This document shows, one piece after another, positions 1-9,583 of a DNA stretch of 64,000 nucleotides. Position 1 is the first letter of the stretch. Every line of letters starts with the position of its first letter. Source of the DNA: an uncultured Chloroflexia bacterium (GTDB lineage: Bacteria > Chloroflexota > Limnocylindria > Limnocylindrales > CSP1-4); assembly GCA_963720755.1 (NCBI GenBank), contig CAVRGP010000011.1:736001-800000 (forward strand), read 5' to 3'. The notes under the pieces are model-generated. The model worked only from the letters and a program-made list of their open reading frames with translations, had not been told where the DNA came from and did no database searches. Both the position numbers and the translations under genes were made by a program.

Positions 1-1
1 C

Positions 2-421
2 GACGTCCTTCTCACCCCGACCAGGATCTACGCCCGAGCCGTCCTGGCGGCGCGCGCCGCGGTTCGGGCGAGCGGCTCCGACATCCGTGGCCTGGCCCAT
101 ATCACGGGCGGAGGCCTGCCCGGTAACGTGCCTCGCGCGCTGCCGGATGGCCTGGCCGCGCGACTCGACCCGGATCGCTGGCTGATGCCGTCGATCATGC
201 GCCTGTTCGGTGCCCTGGGTGGACTTGACGATGTCGAGATCCGGGCGACATTCAATGGCGGGATCGGGATGGTCGCGATCCTGCCGTCGACGGCGGTTGC
301 GACGGCCGTCGATGCGTTCTCGACGTTCGGGATCGATGCGAACGTGGTCGGCGAGGTCGTCGAGAGCGGCAGCGTCGGTGGTCACCGGTACGTCGAGGGA
401 CCACTCGACGGATACGCATGA
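2..421 (+). CDS. purM: Phosphoribosylformylglycinamidine cyclo-ligase (AIR synthase), 5'-truncated by the window edge
   Basis: Frame from position 2 reads LLTPTRIYA...GLAHITGGGLPGNVPR...TFNGGIGMV, the PurM C-terminal motifs; it lies directly upstream of purN. Confidence 0.95.
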   Translation, partial: DVLLTPTRIYARAVLAARAAVRASGSDIRGLAHITGGGLPGNVPRALPDGLAARLDPDRWLMPSIMRLFGALGGLDDVEIRATFNGGIGMVAILPSTAVATAVDAFSTFGIDANVVGEVVESGSVGGHRYVEGPLDGYA

Positions 422-2673
422 TCGATCAGGCGAGCCGATCCGGCGGGGTCGCCGTCGGGGTATCCGGGTCAGGCTCCAACCTCCGGGCACTCGTCGCGGC
501 GGCAGATCGCGGCGAACTCGGGGGCGAGATCGTGATGGTCTTCGGCGACCGGGCGTGCCCCGCGCTCGACTGGGCAGCCGAGCGCGGGATCGAGACCGCG
601 CTGGTGCCGCTGGGGGATGACACGATCGTGGCCGAGACCCTCGGCGCCGTCCGCCCCGACGTCGTCGCCCTGGCTGGCTACATGCGGATCGTCGGCCCGG
701 CCGTGCTGGCGGCGTTCGCGGGCCGCATCGTCAATACTCACCCGTCGCTCCTGCCGGCCTTCCCGGGCGCGCATGCGGTCGCGGATGCCATCTCGCACGG
801 CGTCGCGGTGACCGGTTGCACGGTTCACTTCGTCGACGAATCGCTCGACGGCGGGCCGATCATCGCGCAGGAGGCGGTACCCATCCTGGCGGGGGACGAT
901 GCCAGGACGCTTCACGAGCGGATCCGGGCGGTCGAACACCGCCTGTTGCCGCGAACCGTGAGTCTCCTGCTCGCCGGCGCGCTGAGCGTCGCGCCCGATG
1001 GCCGACAGGTCAGGCTCGATCTCGACCTGGCCGACCGATCCGTGCCTCGTCCGCGTCGTGCCCTGCTGTCGGTCTGGGACAAGACCGGGCTGGCCGACTT
1101 TGCCGGCGGCCTCGTTCGGGCGGGATTCGAACTCGTCTCGACCGGCGGGACCGCTGCGGCGCTGCGGGACTCGGGCCTGCCGGTGACCGAGGTCACGGCG
1201 GTGACCGGTTTCCCCGAGATGCTCGACGGTCGGGTCAAGACCCTCCACCCGAGGATCCATGGCGGCCTCCTCGCCGACCGACGATCGGCCGGCCATCGGC
1301 GCCAGGCGCTCGCGGCGGCCATCGCGCCGTTCGAGCTGGTGGTCTGCAACCTGTACCCATTCGCGGCCGCCGCCGAGCGCCCGGGGATCCTGCTCGACGA
1401 ACTGATCGAGGAGATCGACATCGGCGGGCCGTCGATGGTCCGGGCAGCCGCCAAGAACCATGCGAACGTAGCGGTCGTGACCGCACCCGAGCGGTATCCG
1501 GCGATCCTCCGGGCGATCGAGGAGGAGGGGAGCGTCGGGCCCGGCCTGCGTGCCGCGCTCGCGATCGATGCGTTCGCCTCGACCGCTGCCTATGACGCCC
1601 GGATCTCGACGGTGCTCCCCGGCCGGATGTCGGCCGCGGGCGTCGCCCTGCCGGACGAGCCGGGCTTGCCGGGTGCGTCCGACCCGTACCCGGCCACCCT
1701 GGCGATCGGACTCGAGAAGGTCGAGACGCTGCGATACGGCGAGAACCCGCACCAACCCGCCGCCCGATACCGGCGACCCGGTGCGACCGCGACGGACGGG
1801 CCGTTCGCGACCGGTGCGCCCATCCTGCAGGGCAAGGCGTTGTCGTACAACAACGTCCTGGACGCCTCGGCTGCGGTCGCGCTGGGTCGTGCCCTCCGGG
1901 GTCCCGGATGCATCATCGTCAAGCACATGAACCCGTGTGGGGCAGCGGAGCGGCCGACGATCATCGAGGCTTGGCAGGATGCTCTTGCCGGCGATCCGGT
2001 CTCGGCCTTCGGTGGCGTGGTCGCGCTGACCCGTCCGGTCGATGCCCAGCTGGCCGAGGCGCTGACGTCGATCTTCCTCGAAGTCGTCATCGCGCCCGCC
2101 TATGACGCGGCGGCCCTGCACGCGTTGGCCACCAAGGCCAACCTGCGGGTCGTGCTCGACCCCTTGCTGGGTGGTGACGCAGACGTTCCGGCACCGGGCC
2201 CGACGAGTTCGATCCGATCGGCTGGCGGCGCGGTCCTGGTGACCGCCTCGGATATCGGAGTCGATGATCCGGCGACGTGGGCGGTCGCCACGCGTCGTGT
2301 TCCAACGGATGCCGAATCGGTTGACCTGGACCTGGCCTGGCGGCTGGTCCGCGGTGTGACCTCGAATGCCATCGTGCTCGTACGGGACAGCCGGCTCATC
2401 GGCATGGGTTCCGGCCAGACGTCACGGGTCGATGCGGCGCGCGGCGCCGTGGACAAGGCTCGCGCGTTCGCCGGGGCCGGATCGCTCGCCGGGGCGGCCT
2501 GTGCCTCGGATGCGTTCTATCCGTTCCCCGATGCGGTCGAGGTCTGCCTGGCTGCCGGCGTGACGGCGTTCGTTCAACCAGGGGGCTCGATCCGTGATGC
2601 CGAATCGGTCGCTGCCGTGGATCGAGCCGGTGGGACGATGATGGTCACGGGCGTGCGTCATTTCCGTCATTGA
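418..2673 (+). CDS. purH: Fused PurN (GAR transformylase) and PurH (IMP cyclohydrolase/AICAR transformylase)
   Basis: N-terminal ~200 aa carry SGSGSNL, LAGYMRI, NTHPSLLPAFPG and GCTVHFVD (PurN). These are followed in frame by ALLSVWDKTG, GRVKTLHP, IDIGGPSM, LRYGENPHQ, SDAFYPF and TGVRHFRH (PurH). ATGA overlap with purM. Confidence 0.95.
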   Translation: MIDQASRSGGVAVGVSGSGSNLRALVAAADRGELGGEIVMVFGDRACPALDWAAERGIETALVPLGDDTIVAETLGAVRPDVVALAGYMRIVGPAVLAAFAGRIVNTHPSLLPAFPGAHAVADAISHGVAVTGCTVHFVDESLDGGPIIAQEAVPILAGDDARTLHERIRAVEHRLLPRTVSLLLAGALSVAPDGRQVRLDLDLADRSVPRPRRALLSVWDKTGLADFAGGLVRAGFELVSTGGTAAALRDSGLPVTEVTAVTGFPEMLDGRVKTLHPRIHGGLLADRRSAGHRRQALAAAIAPFELVVCNLYPFAAAAERPGILLDELIEEIDIGGPSMVRAAAKNHANVAVVTAPERYPAILRAIEEEGSVGPGLRAALAIDAFASTAAYDARISTVLPGRMSAAGVALPDEPGLPGASDPYPATLAIGLEKVETLRYGENPHQPAARYRRPGATATDGPFATGAPILQGKALSYNNVLDASAAVALGRALRGPGCIIVKHMNPCGAAERPTIIEAWQDALAGDPVSAFGGVVALTRPVDAQLAEALTSIFLEVVIAPAYDAAALHALATKANLRVVLDPLLGGDADVPAPGPTSSIRSAGGAVLVTASDIGVDDPATWAVATRRVPTDAESVDLDLAWRLVRGVTSNAIVLVRDSRLIGMGSGQTSRVDAARGAVDKARAFAGAGSLAGAACASDAFYPFPDAVEVCLAAGVTAFVQPGGSIRDAESVAAVDRAGGTMMVTGVRHFRH

Positions 2674-2764
2674 GCGGGGCGCCATCGAGCGGCCCTCAGC
2701 CGGCGTATCTTGGTGAGAGTCCGGCGCGGGCTCAGGTACATGAGCAGTCTTGGGGAGTTTGACG

Positions 2765-3244
2765 ATGGCGGAATTCCTGGCGGTGACGTTCGACGGCGCG
2801 GATGACGGCGAGGCGGCCCTGAAGTCGATCCGTATCCTGGAGAAGAATGGTGGCATCGGCCTCGAAGACACGGCCGTGGTGCGCAAGGGTGCCGACGGCA
2901 AGGTCACCTTCCACAACGAGGCCTCGAGCGGGACTGAGACCGGTGCCGTGATCGGGGCCGTCCTCGGCGGCCTCCTGTTCGTGGTCTTCCCGGTCGGTGC
3001 GGTCGTGGCCGGGGCTGCGGCGGGCGGTCTGATCGGTCGGGCGGCGGCGCCCGGGATCGATGGCCAGTTCGTCAAGGAGGTCGGTGCCGACCTGCCGGCG
3101 GGTGGCTCTGCGCTCTTCCTGCAGATCAAGTCCGGGAGCGATACCGGGCTCCTGGTCGGGGCCTTGCGGCAATATCACGGCCGTGTTCGACAGACATCGC
3201 TGCCAGATGACGTCGAGCAGGCACTCGACGAGTCGCTCCGCTGA
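2765..3244 (+). CDS. DUF1269-family membrane protein
   Basis: D-x-AVV motif and a Gly/Ala-rich hydrophobic hairpin (GAVIGAVLGGLL...GAAAGGLIG), then LPAGGSALF; GGGGAG RBS before ATG 2765. Confidence 0.75.
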   Translation: MAEFLAVTFDGADDGEAALKSIRILEKNGGIGLEDTAVVRKGADGKVTFHNEASSGTETGAVIGAVLGGLLFVVFPVGAVVAGAAAGGLIGRAAAPGIDGQFVKEVGADLPAGGSALFLQIKSGSDTGLLVGALRQYHGRVRQTSLPDDVEQALDESLR

Positions 3245-3312
3245 GGGCGGATCCTCCTTCGGATCGATCCGAGGCTGCCGCCTCGCCGATCGCGCCAACG
3301 GCTGCCCCCAGA

Positions 3313-4500
3313 TTGACGGTCCTGATGCCGTGCTGGAACGCCGCGGCGTCGATCGAGCGCGCCCTGTCCTCGATCCTCGCGGAACGTGACATCTCGCTCG
3401 AGTGCATCGTCATCGACGACGGGTCGACCGACGGGACCGGTGACGTCGTCGGATCGATCGCCGATCGCGATCCGCGGGTCGTCGTCCTCCGCCTTCCCTC
3501 GAACGTCGGCGTCTCGGCGGCCCGCAATGCCGGCCTGGCGGCCGCCCGTGGTGATTGGCTTGCATTCATGGACGCCGACGACCGATTCCTGCCGGGCGCT
3601 ATCGGCGTTCTCATGCGTCCGACAGCGGACCCCGAGGTCCTGGCGGTGATCGGCCAGCGGATCTGGTCGGACGGCCAGCGGACGTGGCTATCCCCGCTGT
3701 ACGACATCCCCGACATCCGCGAACCGGGTCGGAAGTCCATCCGGACCCACCCCGGTCTGCTCTATTACGCGGCCCTCGCCGGGAAGGCGTTCCATCGTTC
3801 GCTCGTCGGCGACCTCCAGTTCGACGGGCGCGTCCTGGGTGACCAGCCCTGGACGATCCGAGCACTGCTCCGGGCCGGCGACCGGATCGAGGTCATCGGC
3901 GACACCATCTTCGAGTGGTCGCGGCCGCATCCGGATCGGCAGGTCGAGACGATCACGGTCGTCGCCCGCGCTTCGGCTCGGGGCGCGACGGAGATGGCGA
4001 CCGTCGCCATCACGGCGTTTCGGGACGTCGCCGACGAGGTCGATCGCCAGATCGACGATGAGACGGGCCGGAACACGGTCAAGCAGGCATATTTCGACCG
4101 GCTGCTCCGGTCGGACCTGGGCGGGCCTATCGGCAAGGCGCTGGAGCGACGTGACCCTGCGATCGGCGAGTACCTCGGATCGATGGTCCGCTTCCTCGAA
4201 TCGATCCCATCGTCGATCCTCGCCACGTCTGGTCCGTTCGCCACCCTCGTGCTCCGACCGCCCGCCAGGCGGTGGCCCCGGCTGCCACGGTCTGCCCGGC
4301 CGGCCTATCGGTCGATGCTTCGCGTCGCCTTCGAGGCCGACCCGCGGGTGGCGCGACGGATCTCGTGGAGCCCGGTCGTGACGCCGGTCTTCGAGCTCAT
4401 GCGGCGCTCCGATTCGCCGCTGAGTCGGGTCGTGGCTTCGGCCTGGCTGACCGCGGCGTCCGTGGCGGCCGATCTCTATGTTCGGATCCGCCGACGATGA
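3313..4500 (+). CDS. Glycosyltransferase family 2
   Basis: VLMPCWN, IDDGSTDGT, NVGVSAARNAG and FMDADD motifs. The true start may be the in-frame CTG at 3241. Confidence 0.9.
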   Translation: MTVLMPCWNAAASIERALSSILAERDISLECIVIDDGSTDGTGDVVGSIADRDPRVVVLRLPSNVGVSAARNAGLAAARGDWLAFMDADDRFLPGAIGVLMRPTADPEVLAVIGQRIWSDGQRTWLSPLYDIPDIREPGRKSIRTHPGLLYYAALAGKAFHRSLVGDLQFDGRVLGDQPWTIRALLRAGDRIEVIGDTIFEWSRPHPDRQVETITVVARASARGATEMATVAITAFRDVADEVDRQIDDETGRNTVKQAYFDRLLRSDLGGPIGKALERRDPAIGEYLGSMVRFLESIPSSILATSGPFATLVLRPPARRWPRLPRSARPAYRSMLRVAFEADPRVARRISWSPVVTPVFELMRRSDSPLSRVVASAWLTAASVAADLYVRIRRR

Positions 4501-4532
4501 GGGAGCTGCGGTCGGGTAGGCCCGACGACCGC

Positions 4533-4538
4533 TACAAT
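4533..4538 (+). promoter_or_regulatory. Putative -10 box (TACAAT) for the methyltransferase-GT2 unit
   Basis: TACAAT in a GC-rich intergenic region about 100 nt upstream of ATG 4637; the same TANNNT style occurs throughout the window. Confidence 0.45.
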
Positions 4539-4636
4539 CCGGCACGTCCGCGCAACGAGATCGGAGACCACTTGTCCCTGGTGGCCGCATCCACATCAGC
4601 CGGGCTTCGCCGCGATGAGGCCGTCTGGCAGGTCCG

Positions 4637-5602
4637 ATGGCGTCGCTAGGCTCCCGCATCCCGAAGCCTGTCCGGCGACGTCTCGGAGCGATCAGGCGAT
4701 CCGTGCTCGGTCGAAAGGATGGCAGGGCTCGGACACCTACTCCATCGGCAAGGCTTCGGATCCGGCGCGACTTCGTGTTCAGGACCGCGGATCGCGCCGG
4801 CACCGCCCTGGAGATCGGACCCGCGCACAACGCGATCCTGCCCAAGCGCGATGGGTTTCGCACGAAGACCGTCGACTACATCGATCGCGACGGCCTCGTC
4901 GAGAAGTACCGCGAGTTCAAGCAGTACTCCCCGGATGCCATCGAAGACGTCGACTACGTGATCCCGGCTGGTGCCACGATGGCGGAGGTCATCCAGGAGC
5001 GATTCGATCTGGTCCTGGCATCGCACGTCCTGGAGCACACCATCTCCCTGATCGATTTCGTCAATGACTGCACGACGCTGTTGGCCCCAGCGGGTGTCTT
5101 GTCGCTGGTTGTGCCCGACCACCGATACTGCTTCGACCGGTTTCGCGAACGGTCGTCGATCGGGCGCGTGATCGACACATCGACCAATCCTCCGCCGGTC
5201 CATACGGTCGGCACGATGGCGGAGTTCGCCTTGAATGCGGTGAAGCATCGCGGTACGACGTCCTGGTCCGCCGGCCATACGGGCAGCTACCGGTTCCTCC
5301 ACGACCTCGACGCGGTCAAGGCGAAGACGGCACAGGCGCGGGGCGACGGATACATCGACGTCCACAACTGGGTCTTCACGCCGAACCACCTGCGCCTGCT
5401 GCTCCAGGACCTCCACGCGCTCGGTTTCATCTCCGTCCGTGAGGCGGCCTTCCAGGACACGATCGGGCACGAGTTCTTCCTCAACCTGACGGTCGATGGC
5501 CCGGGCACCGGCCTCACCCGGGAGGCGCTCGTCGTGCTCGCCGATGCGGAGCAGACCACCATGGACGTGCCGGTCTTCGACCCATCGGAGCGGGACGGGT
5601 GA
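4637..5602 (+). CDS. Class I SAM-dependent methyltransferase, probably glycan-associated
   Basis: LEIGP motif I, FDLVLASHVLEH and LAPAGVLSLVVPD; located inside a glycosyltransferase cluster. Confidence 0.8.
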   Translation: MASLGSRIPKPVRRRLGAIRRSVLGRKDGRARTPTPSARLRIRRDFVFRTADRAGTALEIGPAHNAILPKRDGFRTKTVDYIDRDGLVEKYREFKQYSPDAIEDVDYVIPAGATMAEVIQERFDLVLASHVLEHTISLIDFVNDCTTLLAPAGVLSLVVPDHRYCFDRFRERSSIGRVIDTSTNPPPVHTVGTMAEFALNAVKHRGTTSWSAGHTGSYRFLHDLDAVKAKTAQARGDGYIDVHNWVFTPNHLRLLLQDLHALGFISVREAAFQDTIGHEFFLNLTVDGPGTGLTREALVVLADAEQTTMDVPVFDPSERDG

Positions 5603-6703
5603 GATTCGTCGTCACCGTCATGGTGCGCGACGAGGTCGACATCATCGCCGCGATGGTCGAACACCACCTGGCGCAGGGCGCCGACCTGATCATCGCGACC
5701 GACAACGGCTCGGTCGACGGCACCACGGAGGTCTTGCAGCAGTACGCCGATCTGGGTGTCCTCGAACTCCACCACGATCCCGTGTTCCGCAAGCAGCAGC
5801 ATGCAGTCGTCACGGGCATGGCCCGCCGGGCCTTCACGGACCATGCAGCCGACTGGGTGATCAACGCCGACGCCGACGAGTTCTGGGTTCCCCGCGACAA
5901 GCGCCTCACGCTCCGGTCGGCCCTCGAGGCGACCCCCCTGTCCCTCGACGCGTTCACGGTCCCGGTCACGAACCTTGTCGGCCCCCCCGCGATGCGCGGA
6001 TCCGGCGTGGACCGGTTGCTCTGGCGCGACCAGCGCACGCCCGAGCAGCTGCAGGCGGTCGGGATCTTCGCCCAACCGACCGACGACGCCGTGCATCGCG
6101 GCGACCCTGAGATCGTGGTCTCCCAGGGCAATCACTTCGTCTCGCTCACGAGCGCCGGTCAGCCCGATCCGGCGTTCGCGCTCGAGGTCTTGCATCTCCC
6201 GTGGCGGTCGTTGCTCCAGTACGAGCGCAGGGTCGTCAACAGCGGACGGTCGTACGAGGCCAACCCCGATCTTCGGCCAAGCAAGAACCACCACGGTATG
6301 GCGGACTACCGACGATATCTCGCCGGTCGCCTGACCTACGCGTTCCTGGTCCGTCTGCCGCTGGGGAAGGATCTCGGTGGAGGTGAGCCGGACAGCTCGT
6401 TCAGCGTACGACCCCTGGCTGCGCGATCATCTCCACGCTCTCACGGATCAGGCGCTCCTGGCCGATCTCTTCGAACGTTGCCTGGACGCTTCGGACGATG
6501 GACCGATCGACCCCACTGAGCATGAACGGGCCGCGGACCTTGGCCGACTCTTCGTCGCCCTGGAGCGAGAACGGGACGCCGCGCGCAACCTGGCCGATGA
6601 ACGTGGCAAGCCACCCCCGCTGCGAGAGGACTGGCAGCGCATCACCCGGCGGACGGCGGGCGCCGTCAGGCGGCGACTCGGAGGCGGTCGTCGCAAACGC
6701 TGA
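5599..6703 (+). CDS. Glycosyltransferase family 2 (Glyco_tranf_2_4-like), split by a frameshift near 6403
   Basis: MVRDEVDII, DNGSVDGT and WVINADADEFW. After ttc-a-gcg-tac-gac the natural C-terminus (YDPWLRDHLH...) continues in the 6377..6703 frame. Confidence 0.8.
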
Positions 6704-6749
6704 GCAGGGTGGACGCAGCTGGATGACCGCGTTTGCCCGCGAATGGCCC

Positions 6750-9392
6750 CTACGAGGCGATCGCGCTCCCGTCGATCCCCGCCGGTCGAGCCTTGGCGAG
6801 CTGGACCGCCACATCGCACAACGCCTTGGCGCGCAGGTCGAAGGTGTGCCGCTCGAGGACGACGGCGCGGCCGTGGGCGGCGAGTCTCCGACGCTCATCC
6901 GGGTCGTCGAGGTAGCGGGTGATCGATGACTCGAGGTCCGCTCGTGAGCGGTACGTCGGGACCGCTCCATCGAATTCCTCATCGATACCGTGGATGTGGT
7001 CCGAGAGCACGAACGCCCCGCACGCGAGGGCGTCGTACAGGCGGTTCGAGATGAATCCCTCGACCCGCATGTCATCCCAGTGGTCGTTGAGCACGATGTC
7101 GGCAGCGCCGTAGTAGCGCGCGAGTTCGGTATTGGGGATGACCTCGCCCCGCACGAAGCGCTGGTCGACCAGATCGGGCGTCCAGTCCCGGCCGTAGATC
7201 GCGAGGTCGCGGGTGGTGTTCGCGAGGTCGTCCACGATCCGGCGATGGACCTTGCGCGAGTTGGCGACGAACAGGAGTTCGTGATGTGGCCCACCCGGCG
7301 CCGGGCGGAAGCGTTCCGGGTCGGTCGCCTGGTGAAGGGACGACACCGGCACGGCCGCTTGCCCGGCCATCATGGCGGCGAACCGGTCCGAGGCGACGAA
7401 GACGTGGTCGTACCGTTCGTAGAGTTCCGGCGTGGCGAGGTCGGGGTGGCTGATCTGCCACAGGATGTTGACCTGGCCCGGTCGGGTCGGGGCTTCCTTG
7501 AGCCCGAACAGGTGGACGGCGACGTCGTCGCGGGCGGCAGTGGATGACGTCCAGTCCGGCAGGAAGTGGACCCGCGTCGGGTGGCCGGCTCGCTCGAGGG
7601 CCCGCTGGAGGCCGCGCGCAAAGTGGTAGTCCCCCCAGCGATCGATGACCTCCCAGCTCGGGACACCGATCCGCAGCCCGAACCGAGTCGCGGACGCCCA
7701 GTCGATGAGCGCGTCGCGGATCGCCATCGCGCTCGGAAGATACCGGCCAGAGCCGGTGGCGACGACCGCATCGCCCCGTGCCGGCAGGCCGCGAGCCACC
7801 TTCGTGCTCCGCTCCCGGATGATCGCGGCGATCTCGTCACTCGATGCGAAAACGAGGTCGAACTCATCGAACCAGACCCGGTCAAGCCAGCGTTCGGGCC
7901 CGTCGACGACCCAGGCCAACGCGATCGCCTGTCTCGGCAGCCGTCGGATGTCGCAAGCATCATCGAGGACGATGACGGCCTCCACCGATGGATCGGGCTC
8001 GGACCATCCGTCGTCGTGGCGTGTCAGGTAGCTGACGCGCCAGCCGTGACCCTTGAGTGCGTCGCCAAGTTCGCGTCCGTTCGGTGACTCCCGGACCGCC
8101 GTGCTTGATCCGTCGGTGGTGTCGGTGATCGCGACGTGGAACGGATCACTCGAGAACCGATCGCCGCCGCGCAAGGCGTCGAGCAGCGCGTCACGGAAGA
8201 GCCGTGGTCCCCAGGTGTCGACGAAAGTCTTGCGGTTACTGGCCACGCGGGCGGTGTACCCGGCTCGGTCGGATGCACGTGTCGCGGATTCGTGGTGCCA
8301 CAGGGCGGCCCGGCCGTCGTAGACGAGCCGGCCACCGGCCGCTCGCAGCTTGAGGCACAGGTCCACATCCTCCGCCCCGTAGTCGTACGCGGACGAAAAG
8401 CCGCCGACCTGGTGGAACGCATCGAGGCGCACGAGCAGGCAGGCGGCCGTGAGCGCCGGCCGATCGGTGATCTGGGTGGCGACGGGGCCGAGAGGATCCT
8501 CGCCGGCCCCGATGGCGCGTGCGACCGGGACCGCCCGGCTCCGATCGAACCGCACGCCGGCGTGTTGCAGCGAGAGGTCGCGCAGGTGCGATCCGGCGCG
8601 TGCGCCGCCTCGATGACGCGGATAGATCAGGCGCGCCCCGACCGCGACCGCCTGGCGGTCCGCCATCGTTGCCACCATGTAGCCAAGCCAGTCGTCGGTG
8701 ATCGGGTCGACGTCGTTGTTGAGGAAGCAGATCAGCTCGCCGCTGGCGGCTGCGACGCCCTGGGCGTTCGCATCGGAGAAGGATCGGTTCACCGCGTTGC
8801 GGATGACCTGGATCGGGAATGGCAGGTCGAACGCCGCGGCGAACTCGGGCGATCCGTCGGTCGAACCGTTGTCGACGACGATGACCTCGATGTCTCGATA
8901 CCTCGTCCTGGCGACCGCGCTGAGGCACCGCTCAAGGTGGTCGCGTCCGTCGCGGTTGAGGATCACGATCGACACGACTGGGCCGCGATCCGGGGCCGGA
9001 CTCGAGACGTTCTCGCGAAGGGTCGCGATCAGGGCCATCTCGGCGGCCGGGGAGACGCGACGACCCCGACGTCGGCCCAGTTCGGCGATCCGCCGGCCGA
9101 CTCGGACGACGCGTCGACGGATGCCGGCGGGGGCTCGACGCGCGACCGAGGCGATCCGTTGTCTGCTCTTCGACACGACCAGGGCGTAGCGGACCGATCG
9201 ACGTCGCTTGAGGCCACGGACTTCACGTCGAGCCTGATCGCGCTCGGCTGCTTCGGATCGTCGGGCCGCAGCCGTCTCTCGGAGGAGATCGCGAGTGAGG
9301 CGCAACTCTTGCTCGAGGCGTTCGACAGTCGCACGGAGGGAGGCGACGCTCTCGTCGTCCGGGACGGGGCCTTCCTCCGGATCGCCGATCAC
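6750..9392 (-). CDS. Multidomain glycosyltransferase: coiled coil, GT2, and CgeB-like/GT-B glycosyltransferase
   Basis: VSIVILNRDG, VVDNGSTDGS, FLNND and EDVDLC (GT2); C-terminal WGDYHFA, HQATDP, LLFVANSR, VLNDHW, SNRLYDALACG and HTFDLRA. Confidence 0.85.
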   Translation of the reverse strand: MIGDPEEGPVPDDESVASLRATVERLEQELRLTRDLLRETAAARRSEAAERDQARREVRGLKRRRSVRYALVVSKSRQRIASVARRAPAGIRRRVVRVGRRIAELGRRRGRRVSPAAEMALIATLRENVSSPAPDRGPVVSIVILNRDGRDHLERCLSAVARTRYRDIEVIVVDNGSTDGSPEFAAAFDLPFPIQVIRNAVNRSFSDANAQGVAAASGELICFLNNDVDPITDDWLGYMVATMADRQAVAVGARLIYPRHRGGARAGSHLRDLSLQHAGVRFDRSRAVPVARAIGAGEDPLGPVATQITDRPALTAACLLVRLDAFHQVGGFSSAYDYGAEDVDLCLKLRAAGGRLVYDGRAALWHHESATRASDRAGYTARVASNRKTFVDTWGPRLFRDALLDALRGGDRFSSDPFHVAITDTTDGSSTAVRESPNGRELGDALKGHGWRVSYLTRHDDGWSEPDPSVEAVIVLDDACDIRRLPRQAIALAWVVDGPERWLDRVWFDEFDLVFASSDEIAAIIRERSTKVARGLPARGDAVVATGSGRYLPSAMAIRDALIDWASATRFGLRIGVPSWEVIDRWGDYHFARGLQRALERAGHPTRVHFLPDWTSSTAARDDVAVHLFGLKEAPTRPGQVNILWQISHPDLATPELYERYDHVFVASDRFAAMMAGQAAVPVSSLHQATDPERFRPAPGGPHHELLFVANSRKVHRRIVDDLANTTRDLAIYGRDWTPDLVDQRFVRGEVIPNTELARYYGAADIVLNDHWDDMRVEGFISNRLYDALACGAFVLSDHIHGIDEEFDGAVPTYRSRADLESSITRYLDDPDERRRLAAHGRAVVLERHTFDLRAKALCDVAVQLAKARPAGIDGSAIAS

Positions 9393-9583
9393 GTGGACGT
9401 CCGTGCGCGAGGCATTCGACCTTCGGGTAGGGCCCCCACGACGGCGGATGAGCGAAGCGTCTTCGCTCGCGATGTCGCCATCGACCGACAGTAGCAGGAT
9501 ACGTGCCGGCGAGTGCGACTCGGTCCGGCCGGGCGATACGGTCCGCGCGACCCTGGCCTGGCCGCTGCTACCATCACGCTCCC

